From NCBI RefSeq assembly GCF_009914755.1, contig NC_060926.1: a DNA stretch of 64,000 bases; one strand, 5' to 3'. Both the position numbers and the translations under genes were made by a program. This document shows, one piece after another, positions 44,751 through 60,344 of the stretch (positions within the stretch are counted from its first letter, which is position 1; each line of letters begins with the position of its first letter). The DNA comes from the human T2T-CHM13v2.0 reference genome, Homo sapiens. The notes below the pieces were generated by a model. That model was not told where the DNA came from. It worked only from the letters and a program-made list of their open reading frames with translations, and did not search any database.

Positions 44751-46388
44751 TAGAAATACAGGCATTCTTTTGCTATTTTTATTCTTACAGTTTTTCTCTT
44801 AAGTTTAAAATTATATTCAAATAAAAAATATTCAGTCCTGCATATCCTGCTTTGGTTCAGGAACATTTGTCTTCCTACTATGCCGTATGTTGGTTTTGGT
44901 TCTGGGGATCCTGTTGATGTCTGACCACGTCTTAGAATAGATAACACCAGTAACTTAAAAAACTTTTATTCTGGGTAGTGAAGCACTTTCTTTGCAAATG
45001 AAATCTTATGTGGGGCATCAAGCTGCAGAGGAGATGACAGAAGCCGCTCTAAGAGAAGCATGTGTGCGCTTGTTGGGTGTTGTATCAGAGTCCTGCCCAC
45101 TGTGCCTCCCTCTCCTCTGCCCGCTGGGCAGCTCTGAGGCACCTCCAGGGAATGTTTGACAACCACTGCTCGAAATTAAACTGGCCACGGTCCAACTGAC
45201 CTTAGCAACCCCTGAATGAGAATGACTGTTCTTGATTGGGTGAAAACCTCAGAATGACTTCAGAGCAGTTGACTTGTGCTTTGTGAACATGGCCTCATGC
45301 GTGCTTTCAGTAATAAATGTCCAGTTTTTTTTCCTGCCTCTCCATGAGGTTACTCTGCCCTTGGCCTGTGGTTCACACTTGACAACTATTCAGCCACAGG
45401 GCCCTGCAGGTCAAGCCCAGCGTGTGATGGTTTCAGAGTCGAGTCCTTTCTGAAGAAGCGTGTATAGATCAGACTTACGTAAATAGAATCACATTTCCCC
45501 ACAGCTGCTTCATGGTCATTTGGGATTCATTTTCAAATGGCCATGGTATCTTGCTGCAGGTAGAATTTATATTTATCTATCTTCCTCCTTTCCTTTTCTG
45601 TCAGGTAGTTAAGAGTCTTTGACACGTTTGGTGGAGGGGAGCTTGGCATTTAAAGCCCTTTTGAAAGTGACTTAACCCCCCAAGTTAACTGCTCTGAAAG
45701 TTGGAACCTCCAAAAATTTATATCTACTTTATAGCTCAAACCTGAGTCAACCTAAAACGTAAGAGTATTATTTATTCAAGGAGCCTTGGAAGATTGTACA
45801 TAACAAATTCATTTTGTTGAAGAGGATGCAGCCATCTTCTTAATGATTTACCTCAAGTTTCCATAAAGCTTTTTGCAGGGCCCAAGACTGCAAGACCCTT
45901 AATGGCCACCCACCCCATTGTAATGGTAGTAACTTCCTGGAGTCCTATGTTGAAAAGCTTTCTGGGGTAGCATCTGGGCTTGGTGAGAATGAGGGTCATG
46001 ATCGATTTGTGATGTCTACTTGGGTGTGGAATGGGGACATTATCCGGGTGTTTGAAGCATAAGTGATGTTCCTGGCCTAAAAATAACTCTCAGGAGCTCT
46101 GTTTGTTTGGAAAGAACATGCCTCTTCATTGGCCATGAGCACTGGTCTATTTTATGTGCTTTCTTACTAACAAGGAACCCTGGCTGTGATGCCCTAGATT
46201 AGATATGGGAGGAACAAGAGAACACTTGTTGAGGCTTTGGGTGTTTTTCCTGCACAAGTATTTCCAACCCATTGCAACAAAGGAGCCCTTAGTACAGAGT
46301 ATGGCAGAATGAAGTGCACCCCCACCCCCAGCCTGTACCTTGTTTGGGTTCAGCTGGTTGGCATGTCCATATTGAAATTTTAGAATCG

Positions 46389-46689
46389 GGCTGGGCGCGG
46401 TGGCTCAGTCTGTAATCCCAGCACTTTGGGAGGCCGAGGTGGGCGGATCATGAAGTCAGGAGATCGAGACCTTCCTGGCTGACATGCTGAAACCCCGTCT
46501 CTACTAAAAAATACAAAAAAATTAGCCGGGCGTGGTGGCAGGCGCCTGTAGTCCCAGCTATCTAGGAGGCTGAGGCAGGAGAATGGCGTGAACCCTGGAG
46601 GCGGAGCTGGCAGTGAGCTGAGATGGTGCCACTGCACTCCAGCCCGGGCCACAGAGCGAGACTCTGTCTCAAAAAAAAAAAAAAAAAAA
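46389..46689 (+). mobile_element. AluY
   Basis: ggagatcgagacc, gagaatggcgtgaaccc, poly-A. Confidence 0.94.
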
Positions 46690-48179
46690 TTTCTTTTTAA
46701 AATTTCAGAACCTTGAAATTTCTTGTAGTTGCACGAACTCTGTGATGTTTCCTTGTAATTTAAGTGCCAAGAAAATTTGAACCTGGCAGACCCAACCTCT
46801 CTCGACACCTACCTCAATACTGAGGCATAAGAAGCAGAATAGAATTTAGAGAAAATTCTTCTGTGAAGCTATGCCTGATACTCACAGATGGATTCAAGGG
46901 GGGATTTTCCTCCCTCGAATCCCACAGCATTTTTAACCTCTTAGGTTAACTATGAAGTGCTGTTTGGCTTTTTTTTTCAGTAGGTTCCCCTTCATCCACC
47001 TCCTGCCTTGTAGATGATGAAAATCTTCTAATGTTTAATCAGCAAAAATGTTTCAAGGATGATTATTATGTTTTACTTTTCTTTGTCTTCTCGTCACTCC
47101 TGGCAGTGTTGCAAAGACCCCTTCAAAGACTCTTCTAAGACCCTAGTATGTGTTTGCGAAGTGACTTATTTCAAAGACACTTGTTTTTGAAAGTATTCTC
47201 AGGGTAAGAATAAAAAGGCTGGCTGAGCCATGTTAACCTAGGCAATTTGTGATGGAATTGTGCCTTCCATCTCTCTGCCTTTTCCCCCTTCTCCAGGAGT
47301 TCGGATTTGAGTTGCTTTTGGAAATCCTCAAAGATCAACTTTCTGAAGCTGAATAGCTGGAGATGTTCTTATTGGGAGGCAGCATATTAAAGGCAGCACT
47401 CAGAAGGATTCAGTGCTTGTTGTATTCACAAACAGCCCTGACTAAGGAAGACTGTGTGAATGTCGTCATATTTCCCAATAACACATGCTTGCCTTAGCCA
47501 GTGTGGCCCTCCCTTCTCTGAAGCAGAACACAGGTCCTTATCTATGCAATCCTTTCAGGTCAGACCTTGTTTACATGGACACTTGCCTGCATATGTCCTA
47601 ACTTTGGGGCCAGATAAATAAACAGGAGGCTGAAGGCAAAAATACCTCCATTGAAAGAAGTCATGGCTAGAAGTGGGGCCCCAGAGAGGAGCAGAAATAG
47701 GTGCAAGGAACTAAGAAAGAGCAGCTTAAGCCATACTATTTAGAGTAGAAAAGGAGGGCCCACATTTCTATTTTGAAACTTGTATAAAATGGCTCTATCT
47801 TACCTCTCCTCCTCTCATATTCTCCTTCCTTCACAGAGGAATCTGTGAAGATCTTGTAATTAAAAAGTTGAAACTAGAAAAAAAAATAGAAAATGACACC
47901 TCTAGATATGCTTTGTTTTTTGATTCAGAGAAACTGAAAACACATTAAAATCAGAGTTTCAGATAATTTTTATGTGACTCTCCTTCAACATAGTGTCCCA
48001 GTTTCATTCTATCCAAGTGGATGGTCTTGACATGACCATGGTTTGAGATACTTTGAAGAGTCAAAGATAATAATTTTTTTGTTTATGGAAGATGCTAAAA
48101 AAACCCGAGGCATTTTGTAATTTTGAATCTGGGTAGCTTACTGATAATGACCAACTGGACCCTGAATTCCAACAGATAA

Positions 48180-48590
48180 TCTAAGACTCACGTACCTAAA
48201 TATACACATCAGCACTCCTGCCTGTCTCCCCAAACTCACCTCCAGTTTGCCCCTGCCTCACCAGGCTCCAGGCCCGTTTCTGCTTCAAGGTTGCCTCAGG
48301 GTGCTGTTCTCTGTCCTGGAAGAATATTCTCCTTCCTTTCCTACTGCAGGCAGGTGGCCTTTCCTAATCACCCTGATCACTGAGAGTAATCAACAAGAAC
48401 TTCTTATTCTTTATTTTAGCCTCCTTTTTGTTTCCTTCAAAGCGTTCATCAAAATTCATACATATTTTATTTGTTTGTTTACTAGTTTTTGGATTCCCTA
48501 AAATTAACCTCTTTGAACGCTGGGACTATGTCTCCCTGCTTTACCATAGGGTTTCCAGTCGCAAAGGACTGGTTGAATGAATGAATAAAC
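48180..48590 (+). mobile_element. L2 3' region
   Basis: gctgttctctgtcctggaa...ggcctttcctaatcaccc...ttgaatgaatgaataaa terminus. Confidence 0.7.
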
Positions 48591-48823
48591 TGGTGAGTTG
48601 GGTAAAAGTGGAGTTGGCAGGAAGGAAACACACTAAGCCATTTGCTGGTAGAGTCACTCCCTGGCATCAAGAAGGTTTTTATCAGCAACCTTGCTGCCCC
48701 TGCCAAAGGCCAGGTGGGGACTTCAGGAGGCATCAGTGTAGAAAATGCAGTAAGAAAAGTGGAGCTCCTTTCAATGCCTGATCATTGGAAGAGGTAGTGT
48801 GCTCTTGGTAATTCAGTGGTATT

Positions 48824-49456
48824 TATTACTGGAAAGGGATCCCAATCCAGACCCCAAAAGAGGGTTCTTGGATCTCTCACAAGAGAGAAGTCGAGGCAAG
48901 TCCACAGAGTAAAGTGAAATCAAGTTTATTGAGAAAGTGGAGGAATAAAGAATGGCTACTCCATAGGCAGAGCATCGCCAAGGGCTGCTGGTTAGCTATT
49001 TTTTTGGTTATTTCTCCATCATATGCTAAATAAGGGGTGGATTATTCATGAGTTTTCCAGGAAAGGGGCAAGGATTTCCTGGAACTGAGGATTCCTCTTC
49101 CTTTTAGTCCATATAGAGTAACTTCTTGACATTGCCATGGCATTTGTAAACTGTCATGGTGCTGGTGGGAGTGTCTTTTGGCATGCTAATGTATTATAAC
49201 TAGTGTAAAATGAGCAGGGAGGACGACCAGAGATCACTTTTGTCACCATCTTGATTTTGGCAGGTTTTGGCCAGTTTCTTGACTGCATCCTGTTTTATCA
49301 GTGGGGTCTTTGTGATCTGTGTCTGGCGCTGACCTCCCATCTTATTCTGTGACTAAGAACGCCTAACTTCCTGGCAATGCAGCCCAGTAGGTCTCAGCCT
49401 TATTTTACTCAGCCCCAATTCAAGATGGAATTGCTGTGGTTCAAATGCCTCTGACA
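48824..49456 (-). mobile_element. MER41B ERV1 solo LTR, uninterrupted
   Basis: ttactggaaagggatcccaatccagacccc ... ggttcaaatgcctctgaca; colinear with the 9.9-kb copy; probable TSD GTGG. Confidence 0.92.
49055..49084. promoter_or_regulatory. Tandem STAT GAS motifs in MER41B
   Basis: TTCCAGGAA 49055-49063 and TTCCTGGAA 49076-49084. Confidence 0.7.
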
Positions 49457-50189
49457 GTGGTGAGGTCACGAGAGTCAGCCTCAGCCTAGGCATGAGTTTG
49501 AGGCTGTGTTGTTTTTTTGGCAAAAGGAGGGGATTTGGGTCATAGTTACTACGTTTAATATTATAAAGAAGGACCACTTGGAGTTTTTCCTGGAAAAAAT
49601 GTGGCTTTTTAATATCAGACATTCAGTAAACCCTGAAGACATCTTCTCAGCCAGGGTGGTGGTGGAGTCGGGAGGCACAGGGATGGGGACAAGGGACTCA
49701 CTGTCAAGGGAAAACTGATGCATAAGTAATCATAGCACAGAGTGACAAGTGCTACTGCAGAGGGAAAGGCAGGTACTCTGGGGAAGGCTGGAGGGGCCAG
49801 GGTGTTTGTGGAAGGGAGGTCACCTAAGACTTTCCAGAAGGGACAACCTCAGCTTGCTTCCCCTTGCTCGTTCCTTAAAAGAGGATTTGGTGACCTCTGC
49901 TGGGGGATGAGACCTCCAGCCTCAACTAGATGGGGGTGCAAAGAGAATGAAGATTTGCATAGAACCAAGACTTTCTAAAGTAAAATACTGGCTTTAACAG
50001 AGAATCTTGAGGGAGATTCAATAAAAGGTGGAGGGACACGGATCAACAACAGCTAGAAAATACTTCACAAGAGCTAGGGAGTGGAGAAAGCTGGAGGGGC
50101 TTAGGGTAGGGAAATGAGAAGGAAAAGCAGTGCCCCTGGATGGTAAATAGAAAGGGAAGCCCACCTAAGTGGGTTCAGTTGGCTTCTGG

Positions 50190-50560
50190 GATTTGGAGTG
50201 AGTGCTTCCACTTCCAAAAATTTATTCTAAGAAACCAATCAGATGTATGTGCAAAGATTCTATTCCTTTACTGATGGTAAACACTAGAATAGCTAAACAC
50301 GGGGTTCGGTTAAATAGTTTGTGGTCTACTTAGAATATGGCAATACCATTAAAAATAATGATCTTGTTTTATTTATACTGAGATTAAAAGACATTTGAGA
50401 AATGTTGATGAGTTAAAAAAAAAAACAAGTTACAAAGTGACATTAAAAACATATTAAGGCCTAGAAGTAAATACAAAATGCTCACAGCAGGGGGATTAAG
50501 AACAATTAGTTTTCTCTTTACACTTCTATGTAGTCCCCCCACCCAGCCATGAGTAGGCAT
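50190..50560 (+). mobile_element. Old L1M(E) fragment
   Basis: ccacttccaaaaatttattctaagaaa...gttaaatagtttgtgg...ccattaaaaataatg. Confidence 0.5.
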
Positions 50561-50884
50561 TAAATTTTCAACCAGAAAATCAGTAAAGTTATTTCCGTTT
50601 TGAAAGGAAAAGTCCACGGGGTTTTTAAAAGTGATGATTAGGGCCAGAATCCTAATTGAGTAACTGTTAGGAAATACTGTGTTACTCATTCCACATCCTC
50701 CATGGAGATCCTCCCAGTATGTACGGGGCTTAGGGGGCTTGTAGCTTTGACTCTGGGTAGAGAGATAAACACTTTCTTGGGTTTACTGCTTAACACTGAC
50801 CTGGGAGTGGGGCTGTGCTCCCTCTTGTATACTCTAGAATACGCTTAGGAGCAGGAATCCCCTTCCCCTGCTCCCTGAGCTAGC

Positions 50885-51030
50885 GGCTCTCCATGCTGGC
50901 TGCACGTCAGAATTTGTAGGAGAGCTGAAAGCAGTACTCACCTCTCAGACAAATGTGACTGTACTCCCTGGGGATGAGGCCCAGGGAGTGGGCCCGGGTG
51001 ATGCTATTCTGCAGCCAAGGTTGAGTCCCT
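50885..51030. mobile_element. MER5A-like MITE
   Basis: ggctgcacgtcagaat...ggtgatgctattctgcagccaaggttgag. Confidence 0.55.
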
Positions 51031-51544
51031 CCTGATTTGAAGATAATGAATGAAAAATCAACAGACAGCGTCATAAATCTGGACCAGCATTTTTAAGGCA
51101 TGCCAGACCTGAGCATAGATCTTTGGAAAAAAAGTGGATTCCTTGGTCAAATACTTCTGTCCCTCCCTCTAGGAAAGTCTCAAAGTACATGAGAAAATAA
51201 AGACTCTGGGAAGTCGTGCGGCAAAGAAATTTATTTGATTGATTTCAGATGGATTTCCCAGTAATTTCTGATTGTGGAAAGCGTTGTCTGGGGTAACCCT
51301 TTATCTTGGGTTAGCAGCATCTGGCCAGTGCCTGGAGTCTCTCTTGCATGCCACAATTTGGCCACCCTGTGGGGACACTTCTCCACAAGGACCCTAGGAC
51401 ATTGGTAAGATCAAAGCAGATCCCTGGACAGACAGCAAAGTGAAGGGGAGAAGCTCCACATCTGGAACTGGGGGTAAGACTATTGCTTGATAGAGCACCT
51501 TGACCTGGGGCAATGTGGAGGGGACACCCTGGCTACGGAATCTG

Positions 51545-51660
51545 GGGTACACAGGAGGAAAATGAGGTCCAAAGAGGTAATTAAGCACCTCGTTCCACAT
51601 CAGGAAGCTGGGCAGGGGCCCAGCAGAGACTAAAACCTAGACTTTCTGCGTCTCAGTCAG
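51545..51660 (-). mobile_element. MIR fragment
   Basis: acaggaggaaaatgaggtccaaagaggtaattaagc. Confidence 0.5.
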
Positions 51661-52544
51661 GCCCCTTTCCCTCCCTCACCAAGACAAAGCTGTGATTTCA
51701 AGCATTTTATGATCTTGGAATAAAGGAACACTGCCATGATTAATGGGAAGTTCCTGCCTTCTTATCCCATTTTGTGTTCTTATCTCCATCTGCCAAGAAG
51801 ACACCCAAAGCTCTAACTATCGTTCGGTTGTAAGGAATGTTTAGAATTGAAGAGCTGCTTTGACACAATTAAAAGCTTCCAGAAGGCTGTTACGGCACCA
51901 ATTATTTACTTAGCGATAGCGAGCTATTTAAATTTCATTATGGAGTAGAAAATAGGGAGATAAGAACAAAATATGGTCAGGCTGACTGTGACCTCAAAAC
52001 CTCTGCTCCTTTTGCTCATAAAAGATAGCAGAAGCAGAACATTCTGATTCAAGGATCATTTTGCGAAACTGCATTCTCTTAAACAGAATTGTTTCTTAAT
52101 CTCTTCGTGGGCTGCTAATGGGCCGTTTATCAGGGTGTTCCAAGGCAAAGTGAATCCGGAAGAAATAGGGCTACTGACTTTGGGACGAGTCTCCCTGTGT
52201 TGCAGGTGGTTGGACAATGACTCAGTGACTTCCACTTTAAGCTAAATAAGATTCACTATTGTAAAGTCATAGACATGCATCCCAAAGCAAACGGAGGAAT
52301 GAACATGCTCTCCATTTTCCTGACTGTTTTCTAGACATCATTTTAATTGTTGAAACTCTCCTTTTTCTCCTCTGGTTCCCATTCCAGGTTGTTTTCTGTA
52401 GTTATGTTAACCATAACATTTCCAATGACACAACTTCTCATTTTGTTCTTTGCATAGGGAGCAGGGAGGGGCACTAGGGTATGGCAGGGTGGAGGATGTG
52501 GTTTGGGGCATTGTCAAAAGGAGCACTTACCTGATGTGTGTATA

Positions 52545-54432
<1,888 letters not shown>

Positions 54433-54509
54433 AATTGCTACACATGTGTATGATTTTCTCTGTGCTTATACCTGGGAGCAAATTGCTGTGTCCAAGGGCA
54501 TTCTTTTCT

Positions 54510-55930
54510 TAATAATGCTCTTTACTTAAAGGCTATGTTTTGTGGAATGAATATAGCTAGGTCAGCTTTCTTCTGATTAATATTTATGTACTATGTCTTT
54601 TTCCATTCTTTTGCTTTCAGTCTTTGCATATCTGTATGTTTGAGGTACGTTTTTTTGTAAATAGCATGTGTCAAAATTTTACAAATGAATCTAATCTGTC
54701 ACACCTTATGTTTTAAGTGGTGAGCTCAATCCATCTACCTTTATTATAATAAATTACATACATGGACCAATTTTTATCATTCTGACTTGTTATTTCAGCT
54801 GTGCTACTTTTTCAATGCTTTCTTCTATTTTTCTTACTTTTATTTTTAATAATATATTTTTATCTCCCTAATTCTTCTTAATGAAGTAAAAATCTAAGAT
54901 TCCTGGCTCCCTCCCCTGCCCTGTTATGTTGATATAACCTAGGCTTCTAATTCTGCGTTGTTACAGATATATTTTCTCCTTTTCATTGGTCTTAGCTTGC
55001 TTTTTGCTTTTTAAGCAATAAGAGTTTATCAAGGTGTTTGATCACCGTTGTTCCACAAATCTCTTGCAGTCTCCTGGATTTTTCTCTCTCATACATAGTA
55101 CTTTAGCCAAAACAGTTTACAATGCACATCTTTCTGCAGCAAATCTTCTATGCCTGAGAATATTTTTATTTGACCTTAATATTTGAATGACAGTTTGGTT
55201 GACTATAAAATAATAGGTTCTAAATTCTATTTCCTTCAATTCTGTCAAAACGTTACTCCATTTTTTTTTTGCATCCAATATCGTTGATGCCAATCTGATT
55301 CTCGTTCTTTTGTATGTGGTCTCCTCTTTTTATGACAGCTTTTAGAACTTTTTTTTGTTTTATAAAAATCTTAAGTTTTATTATAGTATACCTAGGTATG
55401 AGTTTTTCCTTTATTTCTCTCTCATGTGTGTGTGTGTTTGTGTGTATTCTGCTCTCACTTTCTCTCTCTATAGATGTGGCAGAATAATTGATCTTTGTTA
55501 TGTCCTCAAATCTTCTTCCCCTCTATTTTTTTTCTTTTTTAAATAGAACTCCTACTGTCTGGATGTTAGTACCTCTGCATCTGTTCTCCTTATCTCTTAG
55601 CTTTTCTTTTTATTAGTATATTGTCTATTTCCTTGTCCTTTTCATCTACCTTCTGATATATGTTTTTTCAATCTGATATACCAAATCACTAATTTGTTCT
55701 TCAGTAGCATCAATTCTGCTCTTTATTTGTATTTTTATATTTTTATTACTAGTATTTCTGCTTGATTCTCTTTATATATTTTTTTGCTTCTTATTAATTT
55801 TCCTTCTATCTTTTAATATATTTACCAGGATGATTAAAAATACTTGATCCATCTGTCCTAATATTTCTGCTTCTGTTGGAATTTGTCATCCAGGAGGCCC
55901 TCTTCCTTTAGAGATGTCTGTGCTCCTCAA
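54510..55930 (-). mobile_element. Highly degenerate L1M internal fragment
   Basis: T-rich; atatagcta..cagctttcttctgatt, tttttccattctttt, tttgaatgacagtttggttgactataaaataataggtt. Confidence 0.65.
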
Positions 55931-56179
55931 ATGTCCTGTTATTTTGTTTTGTGTGCTCATTTTTTCCCTAGGGCACTGACTCCACAGGCAGTACAAGTTG
56001 AGAAAGGCAGGTCCAGGCGTGTTAGCTCCAGTGAACTCAGGGGATGGGGCTAGATGAGCCCCAGGGTGGAGAGCTCTGAAAATTATATTCCGTTGCTCCT
56101 TATCTCACAAAATAAGCTTTTAGCTCAGGCCTTCATCTTTTGTCCCTCAGAGAGAAGCAGATTTGCAGGAGACAGTCAG

Positions 56180-56350
56180 AATTCAGTGGTTTTAAATCTT
56201 GGCTGCACATTCAAATGACCTGGGAAGCCTCTACAAATCTGGATGCCTGGGTCATGCTCCAGAGCAATTTCAATGGAATCTCTAGAGGTGGAATCCAAGT
56301 ACTTTCAAGCTCCCCACATGATTTGTATCTTCAGCCAAGTTTGAGGCCCA
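56180..56350. mobile_element. MER5A-like MITE
   Basis: cagtggttttaaatcttggctgcacattcaaatgacctggg...aagctccccacatgatt...cagccaagtttgag. Confidence 0.7.
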
Positions 56351-56774
56351 CCATCAAGACCAGATTGTCACTTTCCAGCCCTGGGAGTTTGAAGGGGAAG
56401 AGACATAGAAATAACTTCCAGATTATTTCTTCTGAGGATCCTCAGTTTCTTCTGAGGATATCTGAGCTTGGCAGGTGAGGTGCAGGCACTGTTTGCCCCA
56501 AGGAGATATGGGGTTGGTGAGAGCAGAATTCCACCAGTTTTTCTATTTTCTCTTCCCACAACCCTGCTGGGCTGCTTCCTGCCTTGGGACAAAGCCACCA
56601 CTTCACAACCTCATTTGAAATAACATCCCCAGTCAACTCAAGAGCTTCTCACAGTGTTCTCTTCTTTACTTTTCTGGCTCCTGTGGGGTTAATAGGGGTG
56701 AGAGGTGGGATGGACATCCAGCAGCCTCGCTAGTTCAGCATCTTGGCCTGAACTGGAGCTACTTAGGGTATGAT

Positions 56775-56920
56775 GAAGGGACCGGAAGCATCAGCATCTC
56801 TTAACAGCTTGCTAGAGATGCAGAATCCCAGGCCCCACCCTGAGCCTACAGAGGCAAAATCTGCATTGAATAAGATTGCCAAGAGATTCCCGAGCACATG
56901 AAAGTTTGATAAGCACTTCT
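56775..56920. mobile_element. MER5A-like MITE
   Basis: gcatcagcatc..gcttgctagagatgcagaatcccaggccccaccc..aatctgcatt..aaagtttgataagcact. Confidence 0.75.
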
Positions 56921-57139
56921 TTACATAGCATAGATGCTGAACAAATATATTTAAATTGAATCAAGCACCTTTTTGACCACTACCTCAGAGTTTGCTCGGT
57001 CATGTTGTTCCTATAAAATGTTGATTTTAGTTCTTTGATTTGAGCTATTTCTGCCCTAGGCCAGAATTCAACAATGCTGGATTTTCCCACTATGCAGATG
57101 GATTTTAAAAACACAATTCTTTAAGAAAAACAATGCTCC

Positions 57140-57340
57140 CGTAGCACCATCTACCTCTCAGTGGTAGCACTCATCACTATTGTAATTTTATATTTAAAAT
57201 TGTGGATGGTTGATTGATGTCTGGCATGATATTATAAGCTCCAGAAGGACCAGAAGGAAATCTGACTTTATTAGAGTTGTCTCCCTAATGCCCGGCGCAG
57301 TGCATGGCATACAGCAGGTGCTTAATATTAATCAAATGAG
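57140..57340 (+). mobile_element. L2 3' end
   Basis: tataagctccagaagg...gcagtgcatggcatacagcaggtgcttaata. Confidence 0.7.
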
Positions 57341-60300
57341 AGAAATGACTTAGGCCTTTGTAGTGACTTACTTAACTGATGGTTGTCTATCGAATGCTAA
57401 TATGAATGATTACACCTGTAAGGTCACCTTTTTCTAAGAAATACATATGGTTTCAGGAATATGTTTCTTCCATCTTTACTGTTTCTTGTCATTAATATTA
57501 GATACAATTACTTGAATTTTTAGGGTCTTATGTTAATTTTTTAAAAACTCGATGCATACTGGCATTTAAATAAATATGAACATTTAGAATTGATTAATTT
57601 CTTAATTCATTGTCTACTTTTTTAATAAAACAAAAGGAAGCAAAAACATTGCCTTCAAGGAAGAGTACATCTCCTTGATATTCTGAGGAAAGAATGAATA
57701 CGTTTATGATATTAGAGGAAAAAGCAAGGGAGTGAAGAGGTCATGGCAAGTGCTGGGAATGAGTCCTGTTTGACCTGTTTTCACTCCTATTCTTTTCTCC
57801 TCCCCACCCACCCCAGTTTAGGCCCAGGCAGGAACCCAACCAATAAACGTTAAATCTACTCTTTCCCCTTTCTCTGTCCTCTCTGCCCAATTTCCAAAAA
57901 GGTGTTGACGATGAAATAGTCTGTTGTGTCATCAGGCTGAGGGAAGTGGGAAGGAAGCGTGCACTAGCTTAAGCAAAGCATCTGACAAAGATACAATTCT
58001 TTTATTATGTAGGACATATAAACAGGTATTTAAAGAAACACTCTATTTAAGTTGATTTATTAAATTTTTTTGGTAAAGATAGAGCATGGGTTCCATTACA
58101 GTGGATACTGATGTCTTTTATAGTCATGACTCCCAAAGGACATACGGTTTCCCAAAAGTGTAATCCAGCTTCTATAACTCTGAATGATATTCCAAGTCTG
58201 CTTTCCTGTGTGTCCCCTCTTCACTCCCTCCCTTGATGAGCCTAATTACACACACAGAAGAATTACATGTGCACCAGCATCACACAATTAAAAAGCTAGA
58301 TTTAAAAGGATCTTGCCCAGCTTTTCTATGGAAAACTTGAAATTAGGTATTTTGCTTTAAACTTGGCAAAGCTAAAGACCAAAGTGATGTCTAGAATCAG
58401 GGAAAGTCTGACTAATAACTGAATGCTGTTGGAGGGCCAGTGGCACAACACATGTTTTTTGCTCGTCAAAAGGCGATGAAAGACACGCAAAGGAGTGAAA
58501 TCAAGCAATGTAATGAGAACGACAAAGAAGTGATTTTGTTCTGAGCATTGCTGAGTTTTAAAGCGATGTAATGTATTTCCCATTCTTCATAAAACATTCA
58601 ATTGTAAAATGTAGAGATTGTTTGAAAGTGTTTTTAATATTTTAATTCCTAAAATGTGGATTTATCCAACGAATACTTGTAGACCTTAATGAGACATTTG
58701 GGGGCTGGACTTTCATTTATTCTAAGTAGTTCTCATATTTAAAAAGCAGTTGCAGATTCTTCATTTCATTAGTGAAATATCAAAAAAGAAAAAGGAAAAT
58801 AAAGCAAATTATTCAGTTCCAAATGAAAGCATTTCTTCATTTTTTTCTAGAGAATGATTATTAAACACTATAAAACCTAGTCGAATCTCATTTCTACACA
58901 TCATTAAAGAGTTCATGTGCCAAACAAACAATGACCTTTTGTTGATGAGATTGTAGAAATTATTAGTGGGGAAAAATGATCATTTGTTCCTGGAGGACAT
59001 TGTTACATTTCTACCTCCTCCCACTTTATTCACTTTTTTCTTCACAGAGTTGGAGAAAATAATGAGATACAAACTCATTTCCCCAGCAGAGGTCACCCTT
59101 TCTCCTTTATCGTTCCCAATAAATGCCTTCTTAGTTGTGGTTCCTTAGTCCAAGGAAATGCAGGAGTTTTCAGCTTGAAGCACAGCCAGAGGGCTGGTGG
59201 AAACATATGCATCATTCACACCCTCTGTGTCTTCTTACGTATGCACTGTTTAAACGTATTACCCTACCTGGACTCTTAAATGGATAACTCACATACATAT
59301 AATAAGAACCACTAGGTTATGTATTGATAATCCTATCTTTTAGTTAATCCACTTCATCAAGCATTAGTTTAATGCTTGCCAGTGCTGGCTCAAATTCTAC
59401 CCAATTCTCTGCCCCATGGGCCAAAAAATAGGTTTTCATAACACCCTGGAAGTGACTGGCATAAGCCTTTAGAGAGAATCCCCTGGTGAATTTCTGCAGG
59501 GGAGAAAGACAAAAATGTATGGAACATTGGCCAAGTGGAGAGCTCAGGGCTGGGTACTGAAGGGTAAGCTAGGGAGGTATAAGCCCCAGTCTCAGCTTTT
59601 GCATTTGGTTTGGTTTTGGAAACAAAAATGTATGTTTGTATTTTATTTGAGACACACTGGATCACAGAATGAAGTTCTAAATGAATTATACGTGAGTGTG
59701 CAGAGTATAGGTCAGTCAAGAGGTGTCATCTACAGAAGGTCAGGGGTAGATGGGTGATGGAATTGCTCGGGTCCTGTTGCTATCTGCTGGGGAAAAGCAT
59801 TCAGCACGTGTCTGGCCAAATCCAAACATGGATTTTGGAAACTCCTTTTCTCTTCCTCACTTTATGGAGGAAACCATTGGCATTTTCTTGGGGTCCCTGG
59901 GGAAGTGGGGCTCATTGGTTTTACAATGGTTAGTGAAGATCTTTTCTAAATAAAATTCCCTTCCTTCCCTTTGTTTTCTTTATTCTGTAAACTAAAGTTC
60001 TTGTGGACATGTTGGAAGTTTAAGACTGCGGTGGATTTGGGGTATTCTCTGTGGCTGCTGCTCTTCCCTTGGACTGCAGATGGCACAATCACAGTGTGCA
60101 GGGGATAAGGTAGTGCATCCCAAAGAACAGAAATGTGCTTCTCCCTTCCAGGAAGTGGGACAGCTGGATGACCATGACATTGGACCTCCAGTAGTGCTCG
60201 TGAAGCGATGCATCTTGGAAAGGAGGATCTGCCTGCGTTCCTGACATCACCCTTGGGATTTCTCCTCTGCTCTCCAGGCCTCTGGCTCTCCCTGCTGGTT

Positions 60301-60344
60301 CTGTGCTGGGTCACCTGCCACTGCTCAGCCTGCATGCCCTGCAG

